Origin: an uncultured Nitrososphaerota archaeon
GTDB lineage: Archaea; Thermoproteota; Nitrososphaeria; Nitrososphaerales; CADDZS01
DNA: 64,000 bases
NCBI GenBank assembly: GCA_963799845.1
Contig: CAWCYI010000001.1
Location: forward strand, 1-64,000
Direction: 5' to 3'
Made by a program: the position numbers and the translations under genes. The notes below the pieces were generated by a model that worked only from the letters and a program-made list of their open reading frames with translations, had not been told where the DNA came from and did no database searches. This document shows positions 48,807 through 59,845 of the stretch, one piece after another; the first letter of the stretch is position 1; each line of letters starts with the position of its first letter.

Positions 48807-50921
48807 TTGGGAGTTTATACATTATCGAAGATCACCCTAATCGTTCCCCGGAGTGAGCTTCCGGAAGCTACGGGTTACATCGCGGAAATCGGTGACTTTC
48901 ACCCTACGTCTCCCGAAACAGATGTCTACGACAAGAAGCTTTCAGCTCTTGCTTCCAACGCTTACAAGATTTCCTCCGAACTAACTTACATCATTGACAA
49001 CATGAAGATGAACGTGGAGCCTTCGGCGATTCAAAAAGCGTTCGGAGGAATAAAGTACGACAAAACAGAGATTGAAGCCTGGAGCTGGGATGATTACGTT
49101 TCGAAGCTTGAAACCCGGTCTACTCCGATCATCAAATCCCTCGGTGATCTTATCCGGGAAAGGAGGGCTACGGAGAAAAAGCGGGACGATCTTCTCGCTC
49201 TCAAACGATCAGTTGGAACTATTTCCAACTACAACATTGACATGGGAAAAATTGAATCCATGCGAAGGTTCCATGTCGAATTTGTCATAGTAAACACTGC
49301 TGATCTTGTCGAAATAAGAAAGAGTCTGCCCGATTCCACGCTGATCGATGCCCCGATCTCCGACAAAGAATCCGCGCTATTGGTTATAGGAACCGTCGAC
49401 CAGACCGACAGGATCTCGAAGAGTCTCCGCAGTTTTGACGCCCGGAGCGTAACAATTCCGAAGGACCTGCCTCAGAGTCCCTTTGCCGCGACGCAGGAAA
49501 TTGATAGGAGGCTGGAGAGATTGGGAAAAGATCTGAGCGAGAACCAGACTCAGACCCAGTCCGCCGTGAAATCCACGACCGAAAGCATCTCCGGACTGCA
49601 GGAAGCTGCAGATCTCGCTTACAAGATCCTTGAAGAGCTGAAGAAATCTGGCAAGCTGAAACGTCTCTCGATTATTCAAGGATACGTCCCCTCGGAGCGC
49701 TTGACGCAGCTCCGGGAAAGAGTCAGTGACAGGTGGCCTCTCATCGCTCAGGAGATCGATCCTCAGCAGTCTTACGCCGAGGGTCTCCACGAAGCCGAGA
49801 CGGGCGCGACCGAAATTGATCAACCGCCAACAAAGTTCAGCTCGAAAAGTAAGCCCGTAGTCGCGCACGAGCCGATCACTCTTACCAGCGGTCCACCGGT
49901 TTACGGTGAATTCGATCCCACCCCGATCCTAACGGTAACTTTTCCCATATTCTACGGAATCATGTTTGGCGACGTTGGGCACGGCCTCCTGCTGATGATC
50001 GTCGGCGGAGTGATCTACGCGAGGGGTGTAAGGAGCATGAAAAATTGGGGACTCCTTTTACTGCTCGCTGGAATTTCAGCGACGTTTGTAGGCTTTATGG
50101 TCGGAGAGATTTTTGGATTCGAGTTGCCATTCGACGTGCCGAAAATGATCGGCTTGACCTGGCTTGAATCTCTGAAACAGGCGATAGGGCCTTCCAATCC
50201 GAATGGACTTGCCTTCAACACCGCGACGGTTCTTTTCTTCATCAAATTCACAATCTATGTCGGAATCGTTCACATATTCATCGGGCTGGGCGTTGGGGTC
50301 TACAACAAGATGAGGTCAGGAGAATACTGGCAGATGCTTGCAAGCCTTCTCCCGACGATCTCGGGCTACTCCTTCTTCCTTCTTTTTGGTTTCGCGTTTA
50401 AGGCAGCGCACTTTAATCTCGCAGCGGTAACTAATGGCTCAAACTTTCAGGCGAATATCGGCCTCGCGGGATTGATTGGATCGATAGTGTGGCTTTTCGC
50501 CGCTGGTCCTCTCCTTGCAAAATCCGGGAGGATCCATGGTTCTGTATTGTCTGAGGTAGGTCTGGCCACTATGGAGTTTCTGGAGTGGGTTGTTTCAAAG
50601 TTCGTTGGGAATACTGTTAGTTATGTGAGGTTGGCAATTTTGCTCGTAGTGCACGCGGCGCTACTCTCCGCAACAAACCTTCTCTTCTATTCCTACGGTT
50701 ATGCATCCATCCCAATTCTCGTTGTGATGAATCTGCTGATTTTCGCATTCGAAGGCTTGATCGTCTACGTGCAGAGCCTCAGGTTACACCTATACGAGTT
50801 TTTCTCGAAATTCTACGTGGGCACCGGAACTGAATTCAACAGCATAATGCCGGTGAAGGAGCACGTCAGCGTAAAATGGCTCGGTAAGAAACCCGAAAGC
50901 CAATTGATCGACAATAACTAG
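48807..50921 (+). CDS. atpI: A/V-type ATP synthase subunit I (a)
   Basis: EFDPTP, GIMFGDVGHG, SYVRL (essential Arg), SLRLHLYEFFSKFY. Confidence 0.95.
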   Translation: MGVYTLSKITLIVPRSELPEATGYIAEIGDFHPTSPETDVYDKKLSALASNAYKISSELTYIIDNMKMNVEPSAIQKAFGGIKYDKTEIEAWSWDDYVSKLETRSTPIIKSLGDLIRERRATEKKRDDLLALKRSVGTISNYNIDMGKIESMRRFHVEFVIVNTADLVEIRKSLPDSTLIDAPISDKESALLVIGTVDQTDRISKSLRSFDARSVTIPKDLPQSPFAATQEIDRRLERLGKDLSENQTQTQSAVKSTTESISGLQEAADLAYKILEELKKSGKLKRLSIIQGYVPSERLTQLRERVSDRWPLIAQEIDPQQSYAEGLHEAETGATEIDQPPTKFSSKSKPVVAHEPITLTSGPPVYGEFDPTPILTVTFPIFYGIMFGDVGHGLLLMIVGGVIYARGVRSMKNWGLLLLLAGISATFVGFMVGEIFGFELPFDVPKMIGLTWLESLKQAIGPSNPNGLAFNTATVLFFIKFTIYVGIVHIFIGLGVGVYNKMRSGEYWQMLASLLPTISGYSFFLLFGFAFKAAHFNLAAVTNGSNFQANIGLAGLIGSIVWLFAAGPLLAKSGRIHGSVLSEVGLATMEFLEWVVSKFVGNTVSYVRLAILLVVHAALLSATNLLFYSYGYASIPILVVMNLLIFAFEGLIVYVQSLRLHLYEFFSKFYVGTGTEFNSIMPVKEHVSVKWLGKKPESQLIDNN

Positions 50922-52378
50922 CCCTTTACGACCGCCATCGGGGTCAGTCTTACAACCTTGGTACCGATTCCGACCCGATCAGAAACGTCAACAACAATGT
51001 CGACGTCCTTGTAAGCTCCAGGGGCCTCTTCGACGACTCCCTTCTTGCTCGCTGATTCAAGAATAATGCCTTTCGACTCGAGATCTTTCCTGACCGAATC
51101 ATAGGGATATGTTCGGGTCGCGGCGCCTCTGGACATCATCCGACCGGCGCCATGCGCAGTAGAACCAAAACTAACCTGCATGGATTTTTCTCTGCCGAGG
51201 AGTACCCAAGAAGCGGTGCCCATCGAACCCGGAATCAGCACGGGCTGGCCAACATTTCTGTACTCCATCGGGATGACGTCGCTTCCCTTCGGAAAGGCCC
51301 GTGTCGCTCCCTTTCGGTGCACGAAGACTTTTGATTTTTTCTTCGGATTGTCCTGATCTATCTCGTGCTCCTCTACCTTGCAAATGTTGTGCGCAACATC
51401 GTAAACAAGATCCATGGCAAGATCAGATTCACTCTTCTGAAAAACTCTCTCGAACGATTTTCTTATTCTGTGAGTAATGATCTGTCTGTTTGTCCAGGCG
51501 TAATTTAGGGCAGAACCCATCGCCAGTCGATAGTTTTCAGCCTCTCTCGAACCTGCCGGAGCGCAGGCAAGCTCCCTGTCGGGCAGGTCGATCTTGAAAT
51601 TTGCCGAGCCCGCGTCGATTATCTTGAGATAGTCGCTGCAGACCTGATGACCCAAGCCCCGGCTTCCCGTATGCAACAAGACACAAACTCTGCCCTCCTC
51701 AGAAATTCCGAATGTTTTTGCAGCGTTTGGATCGATCACCCTGTTCACTCTTTCAATCTCGAGGAAGTGGTTACCAGAGCCGAGCGTCCCCAGCGATTTG
51801 GCGCCGCGTTTCTTCGCCTCTCCCGAAACCCTTGAAGGGTCGGAGTGTTTCATCGTCCCATTTTCTTCGCAGTATTCCAAATCTGACGCTCTACCGTACC
51901 CGTTGTTGATCGCCCACCTCACTCCATCAGAAAGTACGGAATCAAGCTGCTGGTTTGAGAGGTTGAGCGCCCCGACATTCCCCAGCCCGGATGGGACCGA
52001 ACGGTACATTTCCTTGACAAGTTCGCGAAGCCTTGGCCGTACTTCATCCTCAGTCAGATTTGTTCGAATCAGTCGGACACCGCAATTGATGTCGTAACCC
52101 ACCCCTCCCGGGGAAATCACACCGGTCTCAAAATTTGTTGCTGCCACGCCACCTATCGGAAATCCATAGCCCTCATGACCATCCGGAAGAACTATCGCAT
52201 GTTTTTCGATTCCTGGTAGATGCGCGACGTTTACGGCTTGGTCGATAGTCCTGTCAGTCTCCATCTTAGCGATGAGTGTTTCATTGGCATAAATTGTAAC
52301 GGGAACCCGCATGCCGGGCCTAGCTGTTTTCTCGATTCGGTACTCGACGTCGCCGACTTTCTGCATTCCAAATTTCAT
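50918..52378 (-). CDS. rtcB: RNA ligase RtcB
   Basis: LPDGHEGYGFPIG, GYDINCG, GSGNHF, HRKGATR, PGSMG, HGAGR, EEAPGAYK. Confidence 0.97.
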   Translation of the reverse strand: MKFGMQKVGDVEYRIEKTARPGMRVPVTIYANETLIAKMETDRTIDQAVNVAHLPGIEKHAIVLPDGHEGYGFPIGGVAATNFETGVISPGGVGYDINCGVRLIRTNLTEDEVRPRLRELVKEMYRSVPSGLGNVGALNLSNQQLDSVLSDGVRWAINNGYGRASDLEYCEENGTMKHSDPSRVSGEAKKRGAKSLGTLGSGNHFLEIERVNRVIDPNAAKTFGISEEGRVCVLLHTGSRGLGHQVCSDYLKIIDAGSANFKIDLPDRELACAPAGSREAENYRLAMGSALNYAWTNRQIITHRIRKSFERVFQKSESDLAMDLVYDVAHNICKVEEHEIDQDNPKKKSKVFVHRKGATRAFPKGSDVIPMEYRNVGQPVLIPGSMGTASWVLLGREKSMQVSFGSTAHGAGRMMSRGAATRTYPYDSVRKDLESKGIILESASKKGVVEEAPGAYKDVDIVVDVSDRVGIGTKVVRLTPMAVVKG

Positions 52379-52459
52379 TTTAGCTAGCCACAGCAGTTTT
52401 GAATAGAGAGCACACACCCCGGGTTCAGCTGAAAAGTCTTTCTTAGGGCTAATTCGATT

Positions 52460-54637
52460 TTATGGCAGTTGCTTCTTGATCTGGGCTGCCACCGCGAGCC
52501 CTATTTTCGGCACGGAAGCTAATTTCTCCAGCGGCGTCTGCGATAGCTTATCCATCGTGGAATATCCCGCTCCGAATAGAGATCTTGCGCGGACTCGACC
52601 CACTCCATCGAGTCTTGTGAGTGGAATGAGCTCCGATCTGATCCCGTACTTCACCCTTTCCTGCAGTTCGCTTGCTTCCAGCGCAAGGTCCTTTCTCATG
52701 AAAAGTCGCGCAAGCTCGGAAAATGAATAAAGCAACCAATCTGCGTTATCTACCATCCTGTGCAGATCGCCCGGCTCTATAGAATACTTTTCGAGAATTG
52801 TCTGCTCAGGGTTTTCACTTATCCAGGAAATTAGGGCAAGCACAGTTCGAAAGTCTCCCAGAAGGCTGTCGTACTGCCTGTAGTATTCGAAGCTCTCCGT
52901 ACTTGGAACCGGAATCAAGAACTCGCCCTTTTTATTCTGCATCACTTCGTCCAGTTCTACCTCGTCTTTACCCCTCGTATTGAACTTGGGAGTCATGTCT
53001 GGAGTTTGAACTATAAGATGCAGGATGCCGAGCGTGTGAACGCCGCCCTTTTCTGCAAACTTGATTCCCCTCCTCATGATGATGGCAGATTCCGGATCGA
53101 TGTAGAGCATCGCGACCCGTTTACCAAACTCGGTTGCTCTAAATCGTTTGTTTCTCCTGATCAGCAGCTCTTCCTCTTCGAGATAGACGAGAGCTTTCTT
53201 TACTCGCGACTTGACAGTGATCTCCATGTACTGAGAGCCAAAAAGCGTACTTTCGAAAAAGCTGCTGATTTCTTCTTCGCCCATCCCTTGACTCGAGGCG
53301 ATGAGACCAAGCAAGTGCATCCTCAGAGGACCGTCTGCAGAAAGCTGTGACTTGATCGGTTCGGGCTTGCCCTGAATGTAATTCTCGTAGATTTCCCGCG
53401 CCGTCATCTGGTTTCCAGCCGAGGCAACTATTTCCCCAAATGTATCGTATCGGGGTCTCCCTGCCCTTCCGGCCATTTGCTTGAATTCAAGAACTGTGAT
53501 CGGAGTTTGTCCTCCTTCTTCCGCGTTGTACCTCATCAGACTGCTCAGGACAACTCTTCGTGCAGGCAGGTTGACTCCTGCAGCAAGCGTAGGCGTCGAA
53601 GTCAGGATCTTAATTTCGCGATTCCTATATGCATCTTCAACAATTTTCCGGTGTTTAGTGTCGAGGCCCGCGTGGTGAAATGCGGCCCCTTTTGCGACAA
53701 CTTCCGCAAGTCGTCTCGAAACTTCAGTTTCTTCCCCGCTCGAAAGAATCTTGTGTGCCAGCTCCCTCAGTTTTCCGCTCTCGTCGAATGAAAGAAATTT
53801 TGGGAGAATTTCCCCGGCCTTCTCTGCCATGGAAACAGCTCTCTTCCTTGTTTCGCAGAAAATCAAAGATTGGCCGCCTTCGTTCACCGCGTCGATTGCA
53901 ACGTCGATCGGAGCTCCCCTGTTCGATTGGAGTAGTTTCCGTTCTTCTCCGTCGACAAAGACCAACTTGCCATAATCGTAGATCCCTTCCACGAGCTTCA
54001 CTGGCCTCCAGTTGGTTTCGACCAGCTCTGCCTTCAGCCAGTCTGCAAGGTCTTTGGTGTTGCTCACTGTCGCACTGAGAGCAAGAATTTGTGCGGACGG
54101 AACATAGTTGATAATCTTCGCCAAAATCATTTCGAGTGTCGGACCTCTGTGGGCGTCTCCCACGAGATGCACTTCATCCGCGATGAAAAGCGATACCGAA
54201 TCTATCCAAGAAGCTCCGTGACGGATTACAGAGTCGAACCTTTCGTTGGTGAGGATGATAACGTCCCCCCCTCCGAGAGATTCTCCAGATGAATCAAAAT
54301 CTCCCGTAGAGATGAAAACCCTCAGTTTTGATCGCTGTGTACCGGGCTTCTTGATCTGTTCGAAGATCTCCTTGAATTCTTCGTACTTTTCGGATGCGAG
54401 CGCGCGGAGTGGAGCCAGGTAAACAACTTTACCCCCTCGCTGAATCGCCCTTATTGCAGCCATCATTGCAACAAGTGTTTTGCCGCTCGCTGTCGGGGTG
54501 GCAAGGAGTAGATTCTTTCCCTGAAGCACTCCAGTCTGGATCGCATCATTCTGAGGAGGGTACAGCGACTCGTAACCCTTCTTTACCAGCGCCTCCACGA
54601 ACTCGGGGGGCAATTCGGGAATCTCTCTAATCATCAA
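52460..54637 (-). CDS. hel308: Ski2-like DNA helicase Hel308
   Basis: PTASGKT, DEVH, LSAT, FHHAGL, QMAGRAGR, GVGRVRAR. Confidence 0.95.
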   Translation of the reverse strand: MMIREIPELPPEFVEALVKKGYESLYPPQNDAIQTGVLQGKNLLLATPTASGKTLVAMMAAIRAIQRGGKVVYLAPLRALASEKYEEFKEIFEQIKKPGTQRSKLRVFISTGDFDSSGESLGGGDVIILTNERFDSVIRHGASWIDSVSLFIADEVHLVGDAHRGPTLEMILAKIINYVPSAQILALSATVSNTKDLADWLKAELVETNWRPVKLVEGIYDYGKLVFVDGEERKLLQSNRGAPIDVAIDAVNEGGQSLIFCETRKRAVSMAEKAGEILPKFLSFDESGKLRELAHKILSSGEETEVSRRLAEVVAKGAAFHHAGLDTKHRKIVEDAYRNREIKILTSTPTLAAGVNLPARRVVLSSLMRYNAEEGGQTPITVLEFKQMAGRAGRPRYDTFGEIVASAGNQMTAREIYENYIQGKPEPIKSQLSADGPLRMHLLGLIASSQGMGEEEISSFFESTLFGSQYMEITVKSRVKKALVYLEEEELLIRRNKRFRATEFGKRVAMLYIDPESAIIMRRGIKFAEKGGVHTLGILHLIVQTPDMTPKFNTRGKDEVELDEVMQNKKGEFLIPVPSTESFEYYRQYDSLLGDFRTVLALISWISENPEQTILEKYSIEPGDLHRMVDNADWLLYSFSELARLFMRKDLALEASELQERVKYGIRSELIPLTRLDGVGRVRARSLFGAGYSTMDKLSQTPLEKLASVPKIGLAVAAQIKKQLP

Positions 54638-54691
54638 GGAAGAAAATCACCCAAAAAAACAGTGGCCACAAATGAATGGACGAACATCTAT

Positions 54692-56739
54692 CTATGCTTT
54701 CTTGAAGTGGTGCGCCCTTACTTCGTAGATGACTCCTGACTTCCACATGTCCTGGAATACTTTTTCTGCCTGTTCGCGGGTGAACTTGCCTGTCTTCTCG
54801 ATCTCTTCGTAGAACGCTTTGTCCTCCACGGGCTGTTTTGATTCCCCGGACAACCTCTTGAAAATTTCAAGGGCCGCTTCCCTCAATCCCTTTTCGCTGA
54901 TCGGCTTGTTGTACAGAACGCCGACATCAACCTTTTTCGTTGACTGGTCGATAGCGACAGTCTTCAACATCCTGTCGACTAAATTGATCGCATGCAGCGC
55001 ATCGTCTTCAGTCACCCTCGGGTGGAGGAGGACCCTAGCTCGGGCAATCGACAGGCGAATCATACCCTCGAGCCATCTAGGCGTGACGGATATCTGGTCT
55101 GGTGAAGCTTCCCGCCTCAGCTTTATGTAATAATTCGAAAGCCTGTTTCTCGCTTCTTCGGTAAGTTCGGGATCCAATTTCTTAGCATAGATTATGTACT
55201 TCTTCAAAAGATCAAACTCTACCGGCGGGGGTACAGGAAAAACCGACTTTGCCCTCATGTCCAAGATGTGCCTTGCAACTGTTTCATCATACGCTTGGTC
55301 GGCTTCATCTCGAATGATGAAGATTAAATCAAACCTCGTCAAGAGTGGTATAGGCAGCTGAACATTTTCGAGAATATTCTTGTATGGATCGTATTTTCCG
55401 TCAAGGGGATTTGCGGCTGCGAATATGCTGGTCCTCGCGTTTAGAGTCGCGATAATTCCACCCTTCGCAACGCTCACAGTCTGCTGCTCCATGACCTCGT
55501 GAAGCGCGGAGCGATCTTCATCTCGCATTTTATCAAATTCGTCAATGCATGCGACCCCGAGATCAGCCAGGACGGTTGCTCCGGCCTCGAGCATCATCAT
55601 CCCGTTCTTTTCCTTGACGACAGCAGCCGTGAGACCAGCCGCCGTGGAGCCCCTCCCGCTGGTAAACAGACCCCTGGGCGCGACCCTCGCAACGTATTTC
55701 AGAAGTTCACTCTTTGCCGTTCCAGGATCCCCGACCATGAGGATGTTGATATCGCCCCTGAGGGTCGTACCGTCCGGCAACGACTTTTGGGGCGATCCCA
55801 CCATCAAAAGCAACGCAGCTTCTTTGTGCAGTTCGTGGCCGAATATTGATGGAGCTATTGAAGCGACAAGACGATCGTAGGCGCCAGGTAGCGCTGCCAT
55901 GCTCTTTATCGCTTCTTCTTCTTCCCTAGAGACCTGCTGCTCCTCAGGTCTTCTGCTCATTTGTTCTACGTAATTTGCCTCAATTCTTGAATTGAACAGT
56001 TTTCGATAAGAACCACCGATGTTTTCGGATTCAGCCTTTACTATGCCGGTGAGAAAAATTCTGTCGCCGGGCCGGGCGGTGTTGGCTACGTCACTGTTCA
56101 AGTTGACGTCAAATGATTGAGGGAGCTGACCTGGTGGAGCTCTTCTGGCATCTCCTGAATTTTTATGACCTGATAATCGACGAATTCGGTCTTCAGATCG
56201 TCGAGCTCAAAGTACTTTGTTTCCCCACAGCCTTCCGTTTCACACTTGATGGGCCTTTTTAGTGTCAGTCCGGCTCCTGATTGTTCGATAAAAGTTATGT
56301 GCTGATTTGAACATCGAAATGCAGCATTGACCGCAAGCGGTCTGAGTTCCGAAGTTCTGGTAACCATTCCAGCGACGAGGATGAGCGTGTTCAGCGAATC
56401 CTTGGTAACTCCTCTAAGTGAGATCCGGTCAGAGAGTCCTCTAATCCTCACGCGCAACTCTTTTCTTATTTTATCCGCGTAAACAGGATTCTCTACATTC
56501 AGAGTTTCGACCGCGGCGTCATCAAACGATCTTAGAAAAAGGTCGGGTTCTTTTACAAGACTCGTCGCGAGATCTGTATCATATCGTTCGATATCTGGAT
56601 AATCGACGATTACAGATCTTGATGCTTTGAGGGGGATTTGCGAGATCTGAATACGGTACTTCAGTTCGTCCTGCTCGTCTTTGCTGCTCTTAAGAAAGTC
56701 TACAAAGACATCCTTTACCCGGGCTTCACTGTACTCCAC
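54692..56739 (-). CDS. mcm: Replicative helicase MCM, frameshifted near 56137
   Basis: N-terminal zinc finger; ELP(P)GQLPQ across the shift; GDPGTAKS, IDEFDKM, MEQQ, RFDL. Confidence 0.96.
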
Positions 56740-56746
56740 GTTCTGA

Positions 56747-57313
56747 CTACTTTCCTTCCATAATCATCGAACGCCATGATTGAAGCAGACTATAAACAGA
56801 GTCAAATATCTGATATTCTTCGGGAGTCAATTTTTCCTTGATATCAATCGGTGGTGAAAGAGAGGCGGCAATGCTCAAAATCTTGCGCAGCCGAAGAGCA
56901 ATTAGATCGTAAATCAAGGTACGAGTCTTCTCGAGCTCCGGTATTGAATTAGGCCGAAGGCTGGCAGACCCAGATGCGTAATTCAGGTGTCGCCTGATTT
57001 TTAGGTAAAAGTCCGGTCTCAATGTCGAAAGCTGATCGCTACCGGCGATTTTTTCCCGGGTAACTGCCTTGAACACCTCTGAGGAAAAGCTTTCCTCTTG
57101 ACTTTCGCAAATGTTCATGTCAACTAGGACCTCCGCAACCCATCTGGGTAAATCGAGCGAGTCCCCTTCGTTCATAGGATCAAGATGGATGCTTCCAATA
57201 TCAATCCGAGAAAATTTCTGTTTCACGCGCAGCCGAGTCCCAGATAGGAGATAGGCAAACTCCCTATCTCGAATTGATTGAATAACGGGCTGGTCGGACA
57301 TCGACGGGGCCAA
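56747..57313 (-). CDS. GINS subunit (Gins23/Psf2-type)
   Basis: DLPRWVAEVL, PDFY, RLRKI, LTPEE; directly upstream of mcm. Confidence 0.85.
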   Translation of the reverse strand: MAPSMSDQPVIQSIRDREFAYLLSGTRLRVKQKFSRIDIGSIHLDPMNEGDSLDLPRWVAEVLVDMNICESQEESFSSEVFKAVTREKIAGSDQLSTLRPDFYLKIRRHLNYASGSASLRPNSIPELEKTRTLIYDLIALRLRKILSIAASLSPPIDIKEKLTPEEYQIFDSVYSLLQSWRSMIMEGK

Positions 57314-57488
57314 CCATTACTAACTCGGGACTGATATGAGTTTGGGAAAACCAGCCCCGGGATATCGACATTCTCATCTCGACTTGACGCCTTAGACCCG
57401 CAGAGAGGAAGAGATCACATAATTTCGAAAGTCACCACAAAACCTTATCGGCTTTCCGTAGCATCCCGTTCGTGTAATTAATTTTCAG

Positions 57489-58511
57489 GTGAGTTTAGAA
57501 TTGGCACTGGGCGGAAATTTTGACAAAGATGAGGAAGCGCGAGATCGTTCAGATCAGCTGATGTGGGTGGAGAAATACCGACCGCAGAAACTGTCCGAAG
57601 TGGTCAATCAGAAGGAAATTGTCGAAAGACTGGAGGCTCTCGTCAGGAAACCTCAGGAAATGCCCCATCTGCTTCTCGCTGGTCCACCAGGTTCTGGAAA
57701 GACGACGGTTGCACTTTGTGTTGCACGGGAAATCATGGGAGACAATTGGCGGGACTATACCCTTGAATTGAACGCGTCCAATGAAAGAGGAATCGACACG
57801 GTTCGCCAAAGGATCAAGAACTTTGCAAGTTATGTAGACAGAGCCGAGGGTATTCCGTTTAGGATAATACTCCTTGATGAATCGGACAACATGACAAATG
57901 ACGCCCAAACGGCTCTAAGAAGGATAATGGAAGAGAGTCATAGGACCACACGATTCGTCCTCACCGCCAATTACAGTTCGAATATTATCGAACCAATACA
58001 GAGCCGCTGCGCCGTATTCCGTTTTTCTCGTCTCTCTCAGGCGGATGTCGTCCAATACCTTGATTATGTCTGCAAGAGAGAGGGATTGAAAGTCGTCAAG
58101 AGTGCTCTAATTTCAATATACGAAACGACGGAGGGAGACATGAGGTACGCACTGAATATGCTCCAAGCTGCATCGTCCTTGGGCGAAATCAGCAACGAAA
58201 ATATCAAGAAAGTAACCGGCCTCTCGGGAAAGGCGAAGGTTGGTGAAGTTATCGAGACCGCCCTTGAAGGAGATTTCTCGAGCGCACGCATGAAGATGGT
58301 TGAGTTGCTCCAAGTCAACGGGATATCAGAGCACGATTTCATCAAGTTTGCCAACGAGTATGTGACAAGGTCAAAATTCGCTTCTTCATTCGAGGCTCTG
58401 GAAGCAACTGCAGAAGCCGATTACAGACTACTTCTGGGCGCAAACCCGGACATCCAGCTTAGTGCTTACCTGGCCAAGCTGGCAAAGATCGGTAAGCAGT
58501 CCAAGCAGTGA
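57489..58511 (+). CDS. rfcS: Replication factor C small subunit
   Basis: WVEKYRP, GPPGSGKT, LELNAS.ERGID, LDESD, IQSRC. Confidence 0.96.
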   Translation: MSLELALGGNFDKDEEARDRSDQLMWVEKYRPQKLSEVVNQKEIVERLEALVRKPQEMPHLLLAGPPGSGKTTVALCVAREIMGDNWRDYTLELNASNERGIDTVRQRIKNFASYVDRAEGIPFRIILLDESDNMTNDAQTALRRIMEESHRTTRFVLTANYSSNIIEPIQSRCAVFRFSRLSQADVVQYLDYVCKREGLKVVKSALISIYETTEGDMRYALNMLQAASSLGEISNENIKKVTGLSGKAKVGEVIETALEGDFSSARMKMVELLQVNGISEHDFIKFANEYVTRSKFASSFEALEATAEADYRLLLGANPDIQLSAYLAKLAKIGKQSKQ

Positions 58512-58526
58512 TTTGGGGAAAAATAA

Positions 58527-59793
58527 ATGGAATTCTCTCTCCCCAGAGGTCTCAGGGACATCAGTCCGGAGGAAGCAGATTCATTCGAAATAATTAGAGC
58601 AGCGTTTGTGGAAACCTGTCGAATATTTGATTACAAATTGATGGAGCCCTCCAGTCTGGAATTGCTAGAGACTTTAGAAGCCAAGAGCGGGCCGGCAATC
58701 AGAGACGAGATCTATTTTTTCAAAGACAAGAGCGATCGAGAGCTGGGGCTGAGATTTGATCTGACTGTGGGAATCACACGGTTTGTTGCCTCGAAGAGAG
58801 AGCTTAGTCCTCCGGTTAGGATCGGCTCATTTGCCTCGGTATGGAGGTACGACGAGCCGCAATATGGAAAATACAGATGGTTTTACCAGTGGGACGCAGA
58901 AATTTTCGGCCCTTCAAATGCCGAGGCGGACGCCGAAGTGATCGAATTTTCATCAGTCCTATTCAGAAAGCTCGGAACCAATCCCAGAATATCAATCGGG
59001 TCAAGGAAAATACTCGAGTCTTTCATCAGGAATTCCCTAGGGATTGATAGGGAAGAAAGTATCCTCGACGCGATGAGGGCTGTCGACAAACTCGCGAAAA
59101 AGTCTTTTGATCAGATACGTAGATGAATACTCGAAGAGTTTTTCCAAAGATCAATTTCAAAAGCTGGTTGACTTTGTGAAGCTCGCGGGTGAAGCGTCAA
59201 ACGTCTCCGAAGCGCTCCGCGATTTTCACATCGATGCTTCGTCTCTTCTCGTGATAACCGATTCCCTGGCAAGCCGAAGGATAAGAGACGTTGAGTTGAA
59301 TTTGAGCATCGTTAGGGGAATCGATTACTACACGGACATGGTGTTTGAGGCTTTTGATCGTGACAATCCTAGGTTGGGGGCACTCTGCGGTGGTGGGAGG
59401 TACGATTCGTTACCTTCAGTTTACGGCCGGTCCGATCTTGCGGCGACCGGCGTTGCTGGTGGCGTGGAAAGAGCTATGCTTGCGTACAAATTGAAAAGAT
59501 CTCCTCTCGATAGAGTATTTGTCGCTTCAATTGGTACAGATCCCAAACTTCGCGCTGCAGCTACCGCGATCGCAGCCGAATTGAGATCGAACGGACTTTC
59601 AGCCCAATCTGATATCTCTGGCCGCAGCCTCAGAAAGATACTCGAGGCCCAGTCCGCGAGCGGAGCGAAAGCAGTTGTTATCTTGGGAGAAAAAGAACTC
59701 GCTACAAACTCTGTCAAAGTAAAGTGGATGTCTACCGGGGAAGAGATTACAGTAAACATTCAGGATCTCAGTAAAACGCTGGCCGAAAAATAA
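58527..59793 (+). CDS. hisS: Histidine--tRNA ligase, frameshifted near 59116
   Basis: PRGLRD, LRFDLT, WRYDEPQ, VRGIDYYT, GGGRYD, GVER; C-terminal anticodon domain. Confidence 0.95.
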
Positions 59794-59845
59794 GGGCCCG
59801 CCTTTTTGAGGCAAAAGCACTCGAACTCCTCAGATAGGAAAATCG

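Noticed and set aside
50918-58511. Inteins in RtcB, MCM or RFC; novelty of the replication gene cluster
   Set aside because: Protein lengths are standard with no intein signatures, and the GINS-MCM-Hel308 / RFC-HisS clustering is a familiar arrangement in this phylum
54692-59793. mcm and hisS as true pseudogenes or programmed frameshifts
   Set aside because: These are essential genes with otherwise intact motifs, no slippery heptamer is apparent, and similar indels are scattered across the window
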